This document shows positions 55,067 to 64,000 of a DNA stretch of 64,000 bases, one piece after another (position 1 is the first letter of the stretch; every line of letters begins with the position of its first letter). The notes beneath the pieces were generated by a model, which saw only the letters and a program-made list of their open reading frames with translations, was not told where the DNA came from and ran no database searches. The stretch is taken from positions 320,001 to 384,000 of the forward strand of contig CBDDBZ010000037.1 in the NCBI GenBank assembly GCA_965225945.1, in the 5' to 3' direction. The stretch is from Alphaproteobacteria bacterium (GTDB lineage: Bacteria > Pseudomonadota > Alphaproteobacteria > GCA-2731375). Both the position numbers and the translations under genes were made by a program.

Positions 55067-56947
55067 GTGCGCCAGGCGAACTGGCAGAAGGTAGGGGGTG
55101 CAAGTCCCCCGGAACGAAGGAGTAACCGAACCACGTTTCTCCGCGAGCCGTGCGTTGGCTCCCGTGAGGGGGCAGGCGAAGCGTCGGTAGCGGCATGGAT
55201 GGGCAGGGCTATTGAGCACCGTAAAAGCGATGGTCCGGGGTGCCGAGGCTTTCAGATCGGTCGAAGGCAATATCGCAGGCGTCGTTTTGGTGAGATGTCG
55301 GCGAGCCCCGCGGTGTCAGAGAACCCATGCACGTTCGCACGCCTTCTGTTGGGACCCTGGGAGGTCTTCAAACTGCCCCGGTTGTCGTAAAGGGGCCGCG
55401 TAGGGAATGGAGAAAACCGAAGCCTATGATGAACGGTTTGAAGAAGTCGGATGAGGCCATACGACCTGTGAGGGCGGCGAACAAGGGAGCGCGAGCTTCT
55501 GCGGAGTCGCCGGAGGAAAGGGCCTCAACCAAGGGGAATCCGGATTGCCAAAGCACGCGCCGAACCCAGTGTCGGGTAAGCGTGCCACAGGCGGCGGCCC
55601 GGATACGGAAAGCTGCAGAGAGAAACCCGAAGGAACGTCTCACTGCGCTCTTCCACCACATTACGCCGGACGCGCTCGGTGCGGCCTACTTCGCATTGAA
55701 GAAGGACGCAGCAGCCGGTGTCGACGGCGTTACGTGGGACATGTACGGCGAGGGTCTGGATGAGCGCCTGCTCGACCTGCACCGGCGCCTGCACAGAGGG
55801 GGAGCGTACCGGGCGCCGCCGGTTCGGCGGGTAGAGATACCCAAGCCGGACGGGGGGACACGACCGCTCGGGATCGCGGCGCTGGAGGACAAGGTCGTCC
55901 AGAAGGCGGTTGTGGATGTGATCCTGACACCGATCTACGAGGTGGTGTTTCTTGGCTTCAGCTACGGGTTCCGACCGGGGCGGGGGGCGCACGATGCGCT
56001 CGATGCCCTGGCCTTCGGGATAAAACGGCGCAAGGTCAGCTGGATAGTCGATGCAGACCTCCGGGCGTACTTCGACACGATCCCGCGGGATTGGTTGATC
56101 AGGTTCCTAGAGCACCGCATCGGAGACAGGCGGGTCATCCGTCTGATCTGGAAATGGCTGAACGCCGGCGTCATAGAGAGTGGGTCATGGGCAGATACGG
56201 GTATGGGCACGCCGCAGGGGGCAATAGTCTCCCCCGTCTTGGCGAACGTGTTCCTGCATTACGTGCTCGACTTGTGGTTCCACAAGAAATGGCGCCCGAA
56301 CGTCCCGGATGGCGAAGCGATCATCGTCCGTTACGCTGACGATATCGTTGTCGGGTTCCAACACAAGCGGGATGCGGAGCGGTACCTCCGCGACGTTCGG
56401 GAGAGGCTGGCCCGGTTCGGTCTCAGCCTCCACCAGGACAAGACCCGCCTCGTGGAGTTTGGCCGGTTCGCGGATTTGAACCGGCGCCAGCGCGGGGTGG
56501 GCAAGCCGGAGACTTTCGACTTTCTGGGCCTCACGCACTATTGCACGACGACCCTGAGAGGACGCTTTCGGCTTGGTCGCAAACCGGTCGCCAAACGGGT
56601 CAACAGGACCCTGGCGCGCATCGACGAGGTGCTCCGCAAGCGCTGGCACCACGACATCTGGGAAGTTGGTAGGTGGCTGGGGCGAGTCTGCAATGGCTGG
56701 CTCAACTACTTTGCCGTCCCAGGGTCAGGCCGGTTCATCCGTGCGTTCCTCCGCAGGCTGCAACGCCGGTGGATGCGGGCGCTACGCCGCCGGTCCCAGC
56801 GAGCCCGATTTAGTTGGAAGCGACTGGAGCGCATGACCGAAATCCTGTGGCCACGCGCCTCCATCCGCCACCCATGGCCGGACCAGCGGTTTGCCGTCAA
56901 GCACCCGAGGTAGGAGCCGGATGGTTCAACGACCACGTCCGGATCTG
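55067..56947 (+). mobile_element. Group II intron B, copy 1 (ends just after domain V)
   Basis: GTGCG at 55067, EBS1 CAGATC at 55253-55258, domain V at ~56913-56946. Confidence 0.92.
55426..56913 (+). CDS. ltrA: Group II intron reverse transcriptase/maturase B1
   Basis: AAGVDG, IPKPDGGTRPLGI, GTPQG, YADD, FDFLG, HPWPDQRF. Confidence 0.95.
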   Translation: MMNGLKKSDEAIRPVRAANKGARASAESPEERASTKGNPDCQSTRRTQCRVSVPQAAARIRKAAERNPKERLTALFHHITPDALGAAYFALKKDAAAGVDGVTWDMYGEGLDERLLDLHRRLHRGGAYRAPPVRRVEIPKPDGGTRPLGIAALEDKVVQKAVVDVILTPIYEVVFLGFSYGFRPGRGAHDALDALAFGIKRRKVSWIVDADLRAYFDTIPRDWLIRFLEHRIGDRRVIRLIWKWLNAGVIESGSWADTGMGTPQGAIVSPVLANVFLHYVLDLWFHKKWRPNVPDGEAIIVRYADDIVVGFQHKRDAERYLRDVRERLARFGLSLHQDKTRLVEFGRFADLNRRQRGVGKPETFDFLGLTHYCTTTLRGRFRLGRKPVAKRVNRTLARIDEVLRKRWHHDIWEVGRWLGRVCNGWLNYFAVPGSGRFIRAFLRRLQRRWMRALRRRSQRARFSWKRLERMTEILWPRASIRHPWPDQRFAVKHPR

Positions 56948-58878
56948 GTGCGCCAGGCGAACTGGCAGAAGGTAGGGGGTGCAAGTCCCCCGGAACGAAG
57001 GAGTAACCGAACCACGTTTCTCCGCGAGCCGTGCGTTGGCTCCCGTGAGGGGGCAGGCGAAGCGTCGGTAGCGGCATGGATGGGCAGGGCTATTGAGCAC
57101 CGTAAAAGCGATGGTCCGGGGTGCCGAGGCTTTCAGATCGGTCGAAGGCAATATCGCAGGCGTCGTTTTGGTGAGATGTCGGCGAGCCCCGCGGTGTCAG
57201 AGAACCCATGCACGTTCGCACGCCTTCTGTTGGGACCCTGGGAGGTCTTCAAACTGCCCCGGTTGTCGTAAAGGGGCCGCGTAGGGAATGGAGAAAACCG
57301 AAGCCTATGATGAACGGTTTGAAGAAGTCGGATGAGGCCGTACGACCTGTGAGGGCGGCGAACAAGGGAGCGCGAGCTTCTGCGGAGTCGCCGGAGGAAA
57401 GGGCCTCAACCAAGGGGAATCCGGATTGCCAAAGCACGCGCCGAACACAGTGTCGGGTAAGCGTGCCACAGGCGGCGGCCCGGATACGGAAAGCTGCAGA
57501 GAGAAACCCGAAGGAACGTCTCACTGCGCTCTTCCACCACATTACGCCGGACGCGCTCGGTGCGGCCTACTTCGCATTGAAGAAGGACGCAGCAGCCGGT
57601 GTCGACGGCGTTACGTGGGACATGTACGGCGAGGGTCTGGATGAGCGCCTGCTCGACCTGCACCGGCGCCTGCACAGAGGGGGAGCGTACCGGGCGCCGC
57701 CGGTTCGGCGGGTAGAGATACCCAAGCCGGACGGGGGGACACGACCGCTCGGGATCGCGGCGCTGGAGGACAAGGTCGTCCAGAAGGCGGTTGTCGGGAT
57801 CGCGGCGTGGAGGATCCTGACACCGATCTACGAGGTGGTGTTTCTTGGCTTCAGCTACGGGTTCCGACCGGGGCGGGGGGCGCACGATGCGCTCGATGCC
57901 CTGGCCTTCGGGATAAAACGGCGCAAGGTCAGCTGGATAGTCGATGCAGACCTCCGGGCGTACTTCGACACGATCCCGCGGGATTGGTTGATCACGTTCC
58001 TAGAGCACCGCATCGGAGACAGGCGGGTCATCCGTCTGATCTGGAAATGGCTGAACGCCGGCGTCATAGAGAGTGGGTCATGGGCAGATACGGGTATGGG
58101 CACGCCGCAGGGGGCAATAGTCTCCCCCGTCTTGGCGAACGTGTTCCTGCATTACGTGCTCGACTTGTGGTTCCACAAGAAATGGCGCCCGAACGTCCCG
58201 GATGGCGAAGCGATCATCGTCCGTTACGCTGACGATATCGTTGTCGGGTTCCAACACAAGCGGGATGCGGAGCGGTACCTCCGCGACGTTCGGGAGAGGC
58301 TGGCCCGGTTCGGTCTCAGCCTCCACCAGGACAAGACCCGCCTCGTGGAGTTTGGCCGGTTCGCGGATTTGAACCGGCGCCAGCGCGGGGTGGGCAAGCC
58401 GGAGACTTTCGACTTTCTGGGCCTCACGCACTATTGCACGACGACCCTGAGAGGACGCTTTCGGCTTGGTCGCAAACCGGTCGCCAAACGGGTCAACAGG
58501 ACCCTGGCGCGCATCGACGAGGTGCTCCGCAAGCGCTGGCACCACGACATCTGGGAAGTTGGTAGGTGGCTGGGGCGAGTCTGCAATGGCTGGCTCAACT
58601 ACTTTGCCGTCCCAGGGTCAGGCCGGTTCATCCGTGCGTTCCTCCGCAGGCTGCAACGCCGGTGGATGCGGGCGCTACGCCGCCGGTCCCAGCGAGCCCG
58701 ATTTAGTTGGAAGCGACTGGAGCGCATGACCGAAATCCTGTGGCCACGCGCCTCCATCCGCCACCCATGGCCGGACCAGCGGTTTGCCGTCAAGCACCCG
58801 AGGTAGGAGCCGGATGGTTCAACGACCACGTCCGGATCTGCGCGGGGGGTGCGCAGCAATGCGCATTCCTACCGTAAC
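56948..58878 (+). mobile_element. Group II intron B, copy 2 (complete)
   Basis: GTGCG at 56948, domain V, then domain [40 protein letters not shown] ending in AC at 58878. Confidence 0.92.
57307..58806 (+). CDS. ltrA: Group II intron reverse transcriptase/maturase B2 (4 aa longer than B1)
   Basis: Near-identical to B1. VVDVIL is replaced by VVGIAAWRIL. Confidence 0.93.
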   Translation: MMNGLKKSDEAVRPVRAANKGARASAESPEERASTKGNPDCQSTRRTQCRVSVPQAAARIRKAAERNPKERLTALFHHITPDALGAAYFALKKDAAAGVDGVTWDMYGEGLDERLLDLHRRLHRGGAYRAPPVRRVEIPKPDGGTRPLGIAALEDKVVQKAVVGIAAWRILTPIYEVVFLGFSYGFRPGRGAHDALDALAFGIKRRKVSWIVDADLRAYFDTIPRDWLITFLEHRIGDRRVIRLIWKWLNAGVIESGSWADTGMGTPQGAIVSPVLANVFLHYVLDLWFHKKWRPNVPDGEAIIVRYADDIVVGFQHKRDAERYLRDVRERLARFGLSLHQDKTRLVEFGRFADLNRRQRGVGKPETFDFLGLTHYCTTTLRGRFRLGRKPVAKRVNRTLARIDEVLRKRWHHDIWEVGRWLGRVCNGWLNYFAVPGSGRFIRAFLRRLQRRWMRALRRRSQRARFSWKRLERMTEILWPRASIRHPWPDQRFAVKHPR

Positions 58879-59206
58879 TGTCCGCCTCCAGGATCGCGTC
58901 GACGATGCCGGTGAACCCGTCCAGCTTGGGCCGCCGGACCGGCTTCGTCCGCCGGTAGCCCGGCGGCGCCGAGTAGCTCAGCATCTTCTTCACCGTCCGG
59001 CGGTCGATGCCGAATCGTCGGCCCGCCTCGTGATGGCTCAACCCCTCATCGACAACCGCCAGACGAACCGCTGCATGGAGCTCCACGCCGTACATCTCCT
59101 GCCCCTCACCACAACCGACAAGGGGCTATAGGTGGCGCATTTTTGCGCCGCCGCGACCGGACCGCCCGGCCGCTCCGCGTGGTGCATTATTCCTCCGCCG
59201 TTAACA
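58879..59206 (-). mobile_element. Left end of a different IS21-family element with istA 5' fragment (59095-58879)
   Basis: TGTTAA end at 59206 with repeated boxes. MYGVELHAAVRLAV...SAPPGYRRTKPVRRPKLDGFTGIVDAILEAD is cut by intron B2. Confidence 0.85.
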
Positions 59207-59662
59207 CCCTGCGGACGAGCACCACGGACGAAACACGGAATCACATGACAGCGGAGGTCCAGGAGCTGCGCGCCCGCAAACTTCTCGCACAACACGAGAA
59301 GATTGTCTTGGATGGGATCGAGCGTAAAAGGAAGCATGCCGCCTACGGCCTTTGTATCGACGACACCAAGACGCGGGCGATCACACAGAAGAGCACCGCC
59401 ATCACGCGCATTGCGGTTACCCGGAAACTCAAACAGAGTTTTCAGGACGAGCTTTCAAAGCTCGCTTTCCGGCATGTCGAAGTCGAATTAAAGGAAGTCG
59501 GCGGCACAGAAGGTGTTCTCTATCACAAGCTTGTCCTCACACGCGCGCCGGGAGTTGAATCGCCGAAAGTCGTCAGCGAAGGGGAACAGCGCTGCCTCTC
59601 CATCGCAGAGTTCTTCGCCGAACTCAGCACAGCCGACGATCCTTCAAGCATTGTGTTTGATG
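59207..59662 (+). pseudogene. Fragment of an ABC/SMC-like ATPase
   Basis: Signature VVSEGEQRCLSIA and a truncated Walker B (SIVFD). No Walker A. Confidence 0.7.
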
Positions 59663-59674
59663 CCCGTCGCAGCC

Positions 59675-60151
59675 TCACGCGCCCCGTCGGCGCTGGACCC
59701 GCCGGGGCGCCTGGCGGAATAACCGCAGATAAACGAAGAGCAGCCACGCCGGCAAGCTGGCCGCCACCGCACAGGCCGCGACCGCCACCGGACCCAACAG
59801 GTCCACCGCGACCGAGCCTGCCGCGATCGCGGGCACCATGACCCCCAGCACCGCCCAGGCCGCGACGACGTGACCGCGCCGCCACAAGCCGCCGCAGGCC
59901 AGCGCCAGTGGCAGCCCCGCCGGTGCCAGCCCTGCAAGGACCACCCACGCATCGAGATTCGCCGGCCACTGCATCGCGCCCAATGCCGCGCCCGATGCCA
60001 CATGGTGCACAACCGGAAACCAGGCCAGGGCGAGCACGGCGGCCGCGCCGCGCGCCGCCGCAACGCGCATTCCATGCACGTTCGACGGCCCCGACAGGAT
60101 CCGCGGCGGGTAGCGCACGAGCGTGAGTGCTACGAACTCTTTCATCCCCAC
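59675..60151 (-). CDS. Hypothetical membrane protein
   Basis: About four hydrophobic helices. Start uncertain. Confidence 0.5.
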   Translation of the reverse strand: MGMKEFVALTLVRYPPRILSGPSNVHGMRVAAARGAAAVLALAWFPVVHHVASGAALGAMQWPANLDAWVVLAGLAPAGLPLALACGGLWRRGHVVAAWAVLGVMVPAIAAGSVAVDLLGPVAVAACAVAASLPAWLLFVYLRLFRQAPRRVQRRRGA

Positions 60152-60775
60152 AGCCTTGTGTTGGAAGCGGCGCGAATTAACGGCCGCGCCATCGTGGATA
60201 GCAACCCGCGCGGACTCTGTTCCGCAATGCCCGTTGCCCGTCTGCCACAGCCCCTACCGCCGCGGTCTTCCGCAATTCCCGATGCTGCGTGCTTGCCCCA
60301 CGCCCGCGACCCGCCCTGAAGAGGGTGCGTCCCTGCACGCATGCCGTGCCCACCCTGCGCGGCCCCTCCCCCTGCGCACCTTCAAGTGGAGAGTAGCCGG
60401 TACAGGGCGACGCGCCCGGGGGCCGGAGAGAGGGATTCCGGCCCGGGCGCCGTCCGAACCCGAGAACCGGAGGCAGCCCATGTTCTATCCCGCACCCGCG
60501 TCCAGCGACCCCCACACCCTCTCCGAGCCCGCCCCTGACGACCCCGACCGATCCCACCCGGGCTTCACACCCCTGCGTCCCGACCCGGGCGCGCTGCTCG
60601 CCGCCGCCGGGCTTTCCTCCCGCGCCATTCGCGAGATCGTCGGCAGTCCGCCCGGCGTCGGCGCGGACGGCTGAGCGCGGTGCGAGAGGAGGCGGTTCGC
60701 GCAGGACGCGTGACATCCGGCCCCTGTTCGACGGCCGGCGGCCCGAGCAGTGCATCGTCAACGAATACCGCCTCG

Positions 60776-61640
60776 GCCATGCGCCCGGCATGTAGCGCGC
60801 CATGATCGAGAGCGCATACAGCGTCACTGCGGCAATGGTCCTGTACTCGCGAAGGCCGCCCATCGTCGGGAAGAGGAGTGCAGGGTTGTTCCCGAACGGC
60901 GACGAATGGGTCGGGAGCACCGGCCACATAGTGTCATGGCCGGCGTGATCCACGCGGGCGCGAAACACGCTTCCCGTGCCCTCGCCGTCGGTTTCTTGCC
61001 GGATTTCCGCGATTGGCCACCCGGCACTGTGCAAACTATCGACGGAAACCTTCCCGGAGGAATCGAGTAACAACCCATAGGTGCTGGTCACCTTCCGCGC
61101 AGGCCTCCGCGCGTTGGCCACTTGGTCGTAAGCGACTGAGATCCATCTGGGTGGACCGCCGACTACCTCGGCGTAGAGGTCGTCGATCTCGGGCATGGAT
61201 GCGAACAAGTCCGGGAGCAAGCAGGCCATCCCGAAAGGTACCTTCTCGAGATCGGCCAGCGATCGAGGCCTCTTCTTCGGATAGCCGGAGGTGTCCTGCC
61301 GCAGGAACTTCATCCACTGTGGAAAAAAGCCGCTTGCGAGGACACCGACGTGAATATCCGCAAAGCCGCCGTGCGACGCCGCCAGCGTATATAGTCCGTG
61401 GCCGTCCCGGGTCATCGCTTCGACCTTGTCCAGATCGATCGGTCCGGACGGAGAGGCAAGCATCTCGGACTGAGCAAGAGCCATCGTGCCGTAGTAGAGA
61501 CCGAGAACCTTCCTGTTGAGTGGATCGCGCGGCGTCGAGACGATGTAGTCGAGAGCGCTCCGCATCGAATAGGCGACGCCGGTCGCCTTTGCGTCGGCCT
61601 CGGTAGGTGCCAGAGCAATGTTTTCCGCTTCGGCCCGCCG
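60776..61640 (-). pseudogene. YaaC-like protein fragment
   Basis: LYYGTMAL, HGL and LYALSIMARYMPGAW motifs as recalled for the family. Both ends fuse to unrelated DNA. Confidence 0.6.
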
Positions 61641-61883
61641 GTGCTGGACGTGATCGAAGGCCTGCCCGAAGAGGGATGGAACGATATCGGAATGGGCGAG
61701 GACACGATGCTGGTGCGCTATCGCCCGGCGGGCTGGGAGGAGCAGAGCTACGTGGTGATCCGTCGGCGCCGTGACAGAGGTCGTGTACGTGGGGCGACAG
61801 TTCATGCCCGGCATCGTCGGCCGCGCGCAGCATCTCCCCGACAAAGTCGAGCGCTGGTTCCAGGTAGCTGAAGGCGGCCACGG

Positions 61884-62597
61884 ATGCAGGATCGGTACGT
61901 AGGGGACATTGGAGACTTCGTGAAATACGCCCTATTGAGGGTCGTCACGGGCGAGTCCAAGCTCGGTGTTGCTTGGTACCTGCACCCTAACGAAAGCGCG
62001 TCGGCGGACGGCCGACACACAGACTATCTAGCGCTCCCTGCCGAATGGCGCTGCCTCGACGAGGACTTGTTCGACGGGCTGAAGAAGATCGTAGAGTCGA
62101 CGCGCCGATCCGTCACCGCGGTCGAGGCGTCGAAGGTGTTGCCGGATGTGGTCTTCGCTGACGAGCGCTTGGACATCGCCAAAGTCCCCGTCTCCTGCCG
62201 TTCGTCCTGGAGGCGGATTTGGTTCGAGGGGGTCCGGCGGCGCCTCGACGGTTGCGATGTGGTCTTCGCGGATCCCGACAACGGCTTGCTACCGGACAGC
62301 CGCTTCCAGCCAACCGTCAAGAGGAGCGCCAAGAGCATTCCCGAGCAGGAAGTACGGGACTTGTCGGCGGGGCGACCGATGGTCGTTTACCATCACAACA
62401 CCAGACGCAAGGGCGGGCACCGAGCGGAGATCGCCGACTGGCAGAGCCGACTGCCCGGCAGGGTCTATGCGTACTACTGGCGACGCTGGAGCAATCGTAC
62501 GTTCTTCTTGGTGAACGGCGACAGTCGGACGGTGGCCCGTCTCGGGACCTTCGCAAAGCGTTGGGACCCGAACGGGGAGTTAATCAGGCCTCCATGA
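61884..62597 (+). CDS. Hypothetical protein, possible methyltransferase-like fold
   Basis: Clean ORF with YVGDIGDFVKYALLR and VVFADPDNGL. Confidence 0.7.
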   Translation: MQDRYVGDIGDFVKYALLRVVTGESKLGVAWYLHPNESASADGRHTDYLALPAEWRCLDEDLFDGLKKIVESTRRSVTAVEASKVLPDVVFADERLDIAKVPVSCRSSWRRIWFEGVRRRLDGCDVVFADPDNGLLPDSRFQPTVKRSAKSIPEQEVRDLSAGRPMVVYHHNTRRKGGHRAEIADWQSRLPGRVYAYYWRRWSNRTFFLVNGDSRTVARLGTFAKRWDPNGELIRPP

Positions 62598-62699
62598 ATG
62601 TTATTCGGCGCGGAAATTTGGGTCTGTCGCAAATTTGGTGCAGTCATAGGCTTCTTGACGCCAGATGCCAGCAAAGGAAGGCAGATCGGCGATCTGAAG

Positions 62700-63108
62700 G
62701 CCCTTCAGCGTGTTCGCCGCCGCCCACATCTCCCGCGAGGACGGCAACCGGCTCACGACCCAGGTCACTCGCCAGGGCTGGCTGTTCCTTCCCGCCCTGA
62801 TCCTGCGCCCGCCGTTGATGCTGCTCGGCCTGATCCTCGGCTACTTCGTGTTCCTCGCCGGGATCGGCCTCTTCAACCAGATCTGGCTGCCGCAGATGCG
62901 CGACGCCGGCGCCTCGGGCGGCCTCGGGCCGGTGGGCTTCCTCGCCATGCTCGCCCTCTACGTCATCGTCGCCTACGGGCTGATGAACGCCTCCTTCAAG
63001 CTGAGCGACCTGCTGCCCACGGCCGTCCTCGACTGGATCGGCGGGCGCGCGGGCGCCGGCGACGACGGCAGCGAGCGGACAGGCAGCGCGGCGGTCGGCG
63101 GCATCTCC
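62700..63108 (+). pseudogene. DotA/TraY-like C-terminal membrane fragment
   Basis: LILRPPLMLLGL...FKLSDLLPTAVLDWIGG. Confidence 0.6.
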
Positions 63109-63400
63109 AAGCCAGCGCGCCCGCGCAACGTCCGCCCCGAGGAACCCGGTGGTGACGTCACCGTCCATGCGCACCTCGTCCACGTCGGCCTCGAACCCGG
63201 CCGTCGCGAACCGGCCCCACGCCGTCCACGCCGGCACCCCCGCCTCGCTGCCGGCCGCGAGCTGGAACGAGCTCCCGAGCAGGAACTCGCGCCCCGTCAG
63301 CGACCGGGTGCTCCCCGAGGGCTTCGCTTCCGTCAGCGCAATCGTGTCGAGCGCGCTCCGCAGGTCCTCCTCCTCGTCCGGAGCCTTCGCACCGCCCGAG
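63105..63400 (-). pseudogene. Autotransporter-like beta-domain fragment
   Basis: RSLTGREFLLGSSFQL...WTAWGRFATAGFEA...DGDVTTGFLGADV. Confidence 0.5.
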
Positions 63401-63431
63401 AGCGGCAGCGCTGGTAGCGGGCACCGGACGC

Positions 63432-63986
63432 TCAGCCCCACCCGATGTCGATCAGGAACGCTTCCAGTTCCGGCAGGTTCGCGCGAGCCCGCACCAGATG
63501 CTCGATCGAGATCTCCCTTTCGTATTCCGTCGCGTCCAGCCCCTTTCGGTATGCGGGCCAGACGGCCAGCAACGCCGCCTCGCACGCGCTCGCGTCAGGA
63601 GGATTGCGATCCTCTGTCCCGGCAAAATGCTTGAGCAGAAAACATTCGTGGCAGATCGGCTGCCAGATGATCGAGAACGAATGCTTCCCGGCGATCTGCC
63701 GAGCCCGCTCGATTTCCTGGCGGTATCTGGCGCTACGACCGCGGTCCATCAGCAGATATCGCTTCTCGTACATCGCCGGCCCGCCGGCGCTTCGCAGCAG
63801 CGCCCGTGCCGCCCGGTCCGCAATCTTCCCGGCACCGCCGCCCTTCATGTCCCGTCCCGTTATCGAAACCGGAACGCCCTCGGCATCGGCCAGGCGGTTG
63901 AGCCACCGCACATACCCCAGCTCGCTCTTGCCTTCGCACGCAACGAAGACCGCCCGCTTGATCCGCCGGTACGTCCGCCTACGCAA
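63432..63986 (-). CDS. RloB-like (TOPRIM) protein
   Basis: VFVACEGKSE, LLMD.., PICHECFLLKHF resembling RloB motifs. Confidence 0.65.
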   Translation of the reverse strand: MRRRTYRRIKRAVFVACEGKSELGYVRWLNRLADAEGVPVSITGRDMKGGGAGKIADRAARALLRSAGGPAMYEKRYLLMDRGRSARYRQEIERARQIAGKHSFSIIWQPICHECFLLKHFAGTEDRNPPDASACEAALLAVWPAYRKGLDATEYEREISIEHLVRARANLPELEAFLIDIGWG

Positions 63987-64000
63987 TCTTCGGCACCCCG

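Noticed and set aside
48194-58806. RTs as retron, DGR, Abi or CRISPR-associated RTs
   Set aside because: All lie within GTGCG...domain V ribozyme frames and have group II intron RT and maturase motifs.

Overview
High-GC window whose gene content suggests an alphaproteobacterium (inference). It has four zones. (1) 1-14.5 kb: an accessory catabolic cluster (SDR, CMD-family, hydantoinase/oxoprolinase A+B, shikimate dehydrogenase-like, class III aminotransferase, acyl-CoA dehydrogenase) with two broken adenylate/guanylate-cyclase paralogs and an IS110-family element. (2) 14.7-23.6 kb: an IS pile-up: an IS66 carrying a DNA adenine methylase, IS5::IS21, an IS110/IS1111-type element, and an IS630 remnant containing a copy of its own empty target site. 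(3) 23.6-47.5 kb: mostly housekeeping genes (LLM monooxygenase, RsmB-family, guaB, rlmE, Ppx, MetE-like, vapBC, higBA with a broken toxin, VWA+DnaJ, PGM, psuG, Dac, clpS-clpA, DsbA, glpK). (4) 47.5-64 kb: an 11-kb nest in which group II intron A holds an IS110 (itself holding IS21 and IS256) and two copies of intron B, followed by a patchwork of gene fragments. Main observations: intron B's EBS1 (CAGAUC) is complementary to GATCTG at the domain V/VI junction, and B sits at that exact site in intron A and in itself. Both IS110-family elements have readable bridge/seekRNA-like guide loops that match their observed targets and donor junctions. All coordinates were read by eye and no database searches were run.
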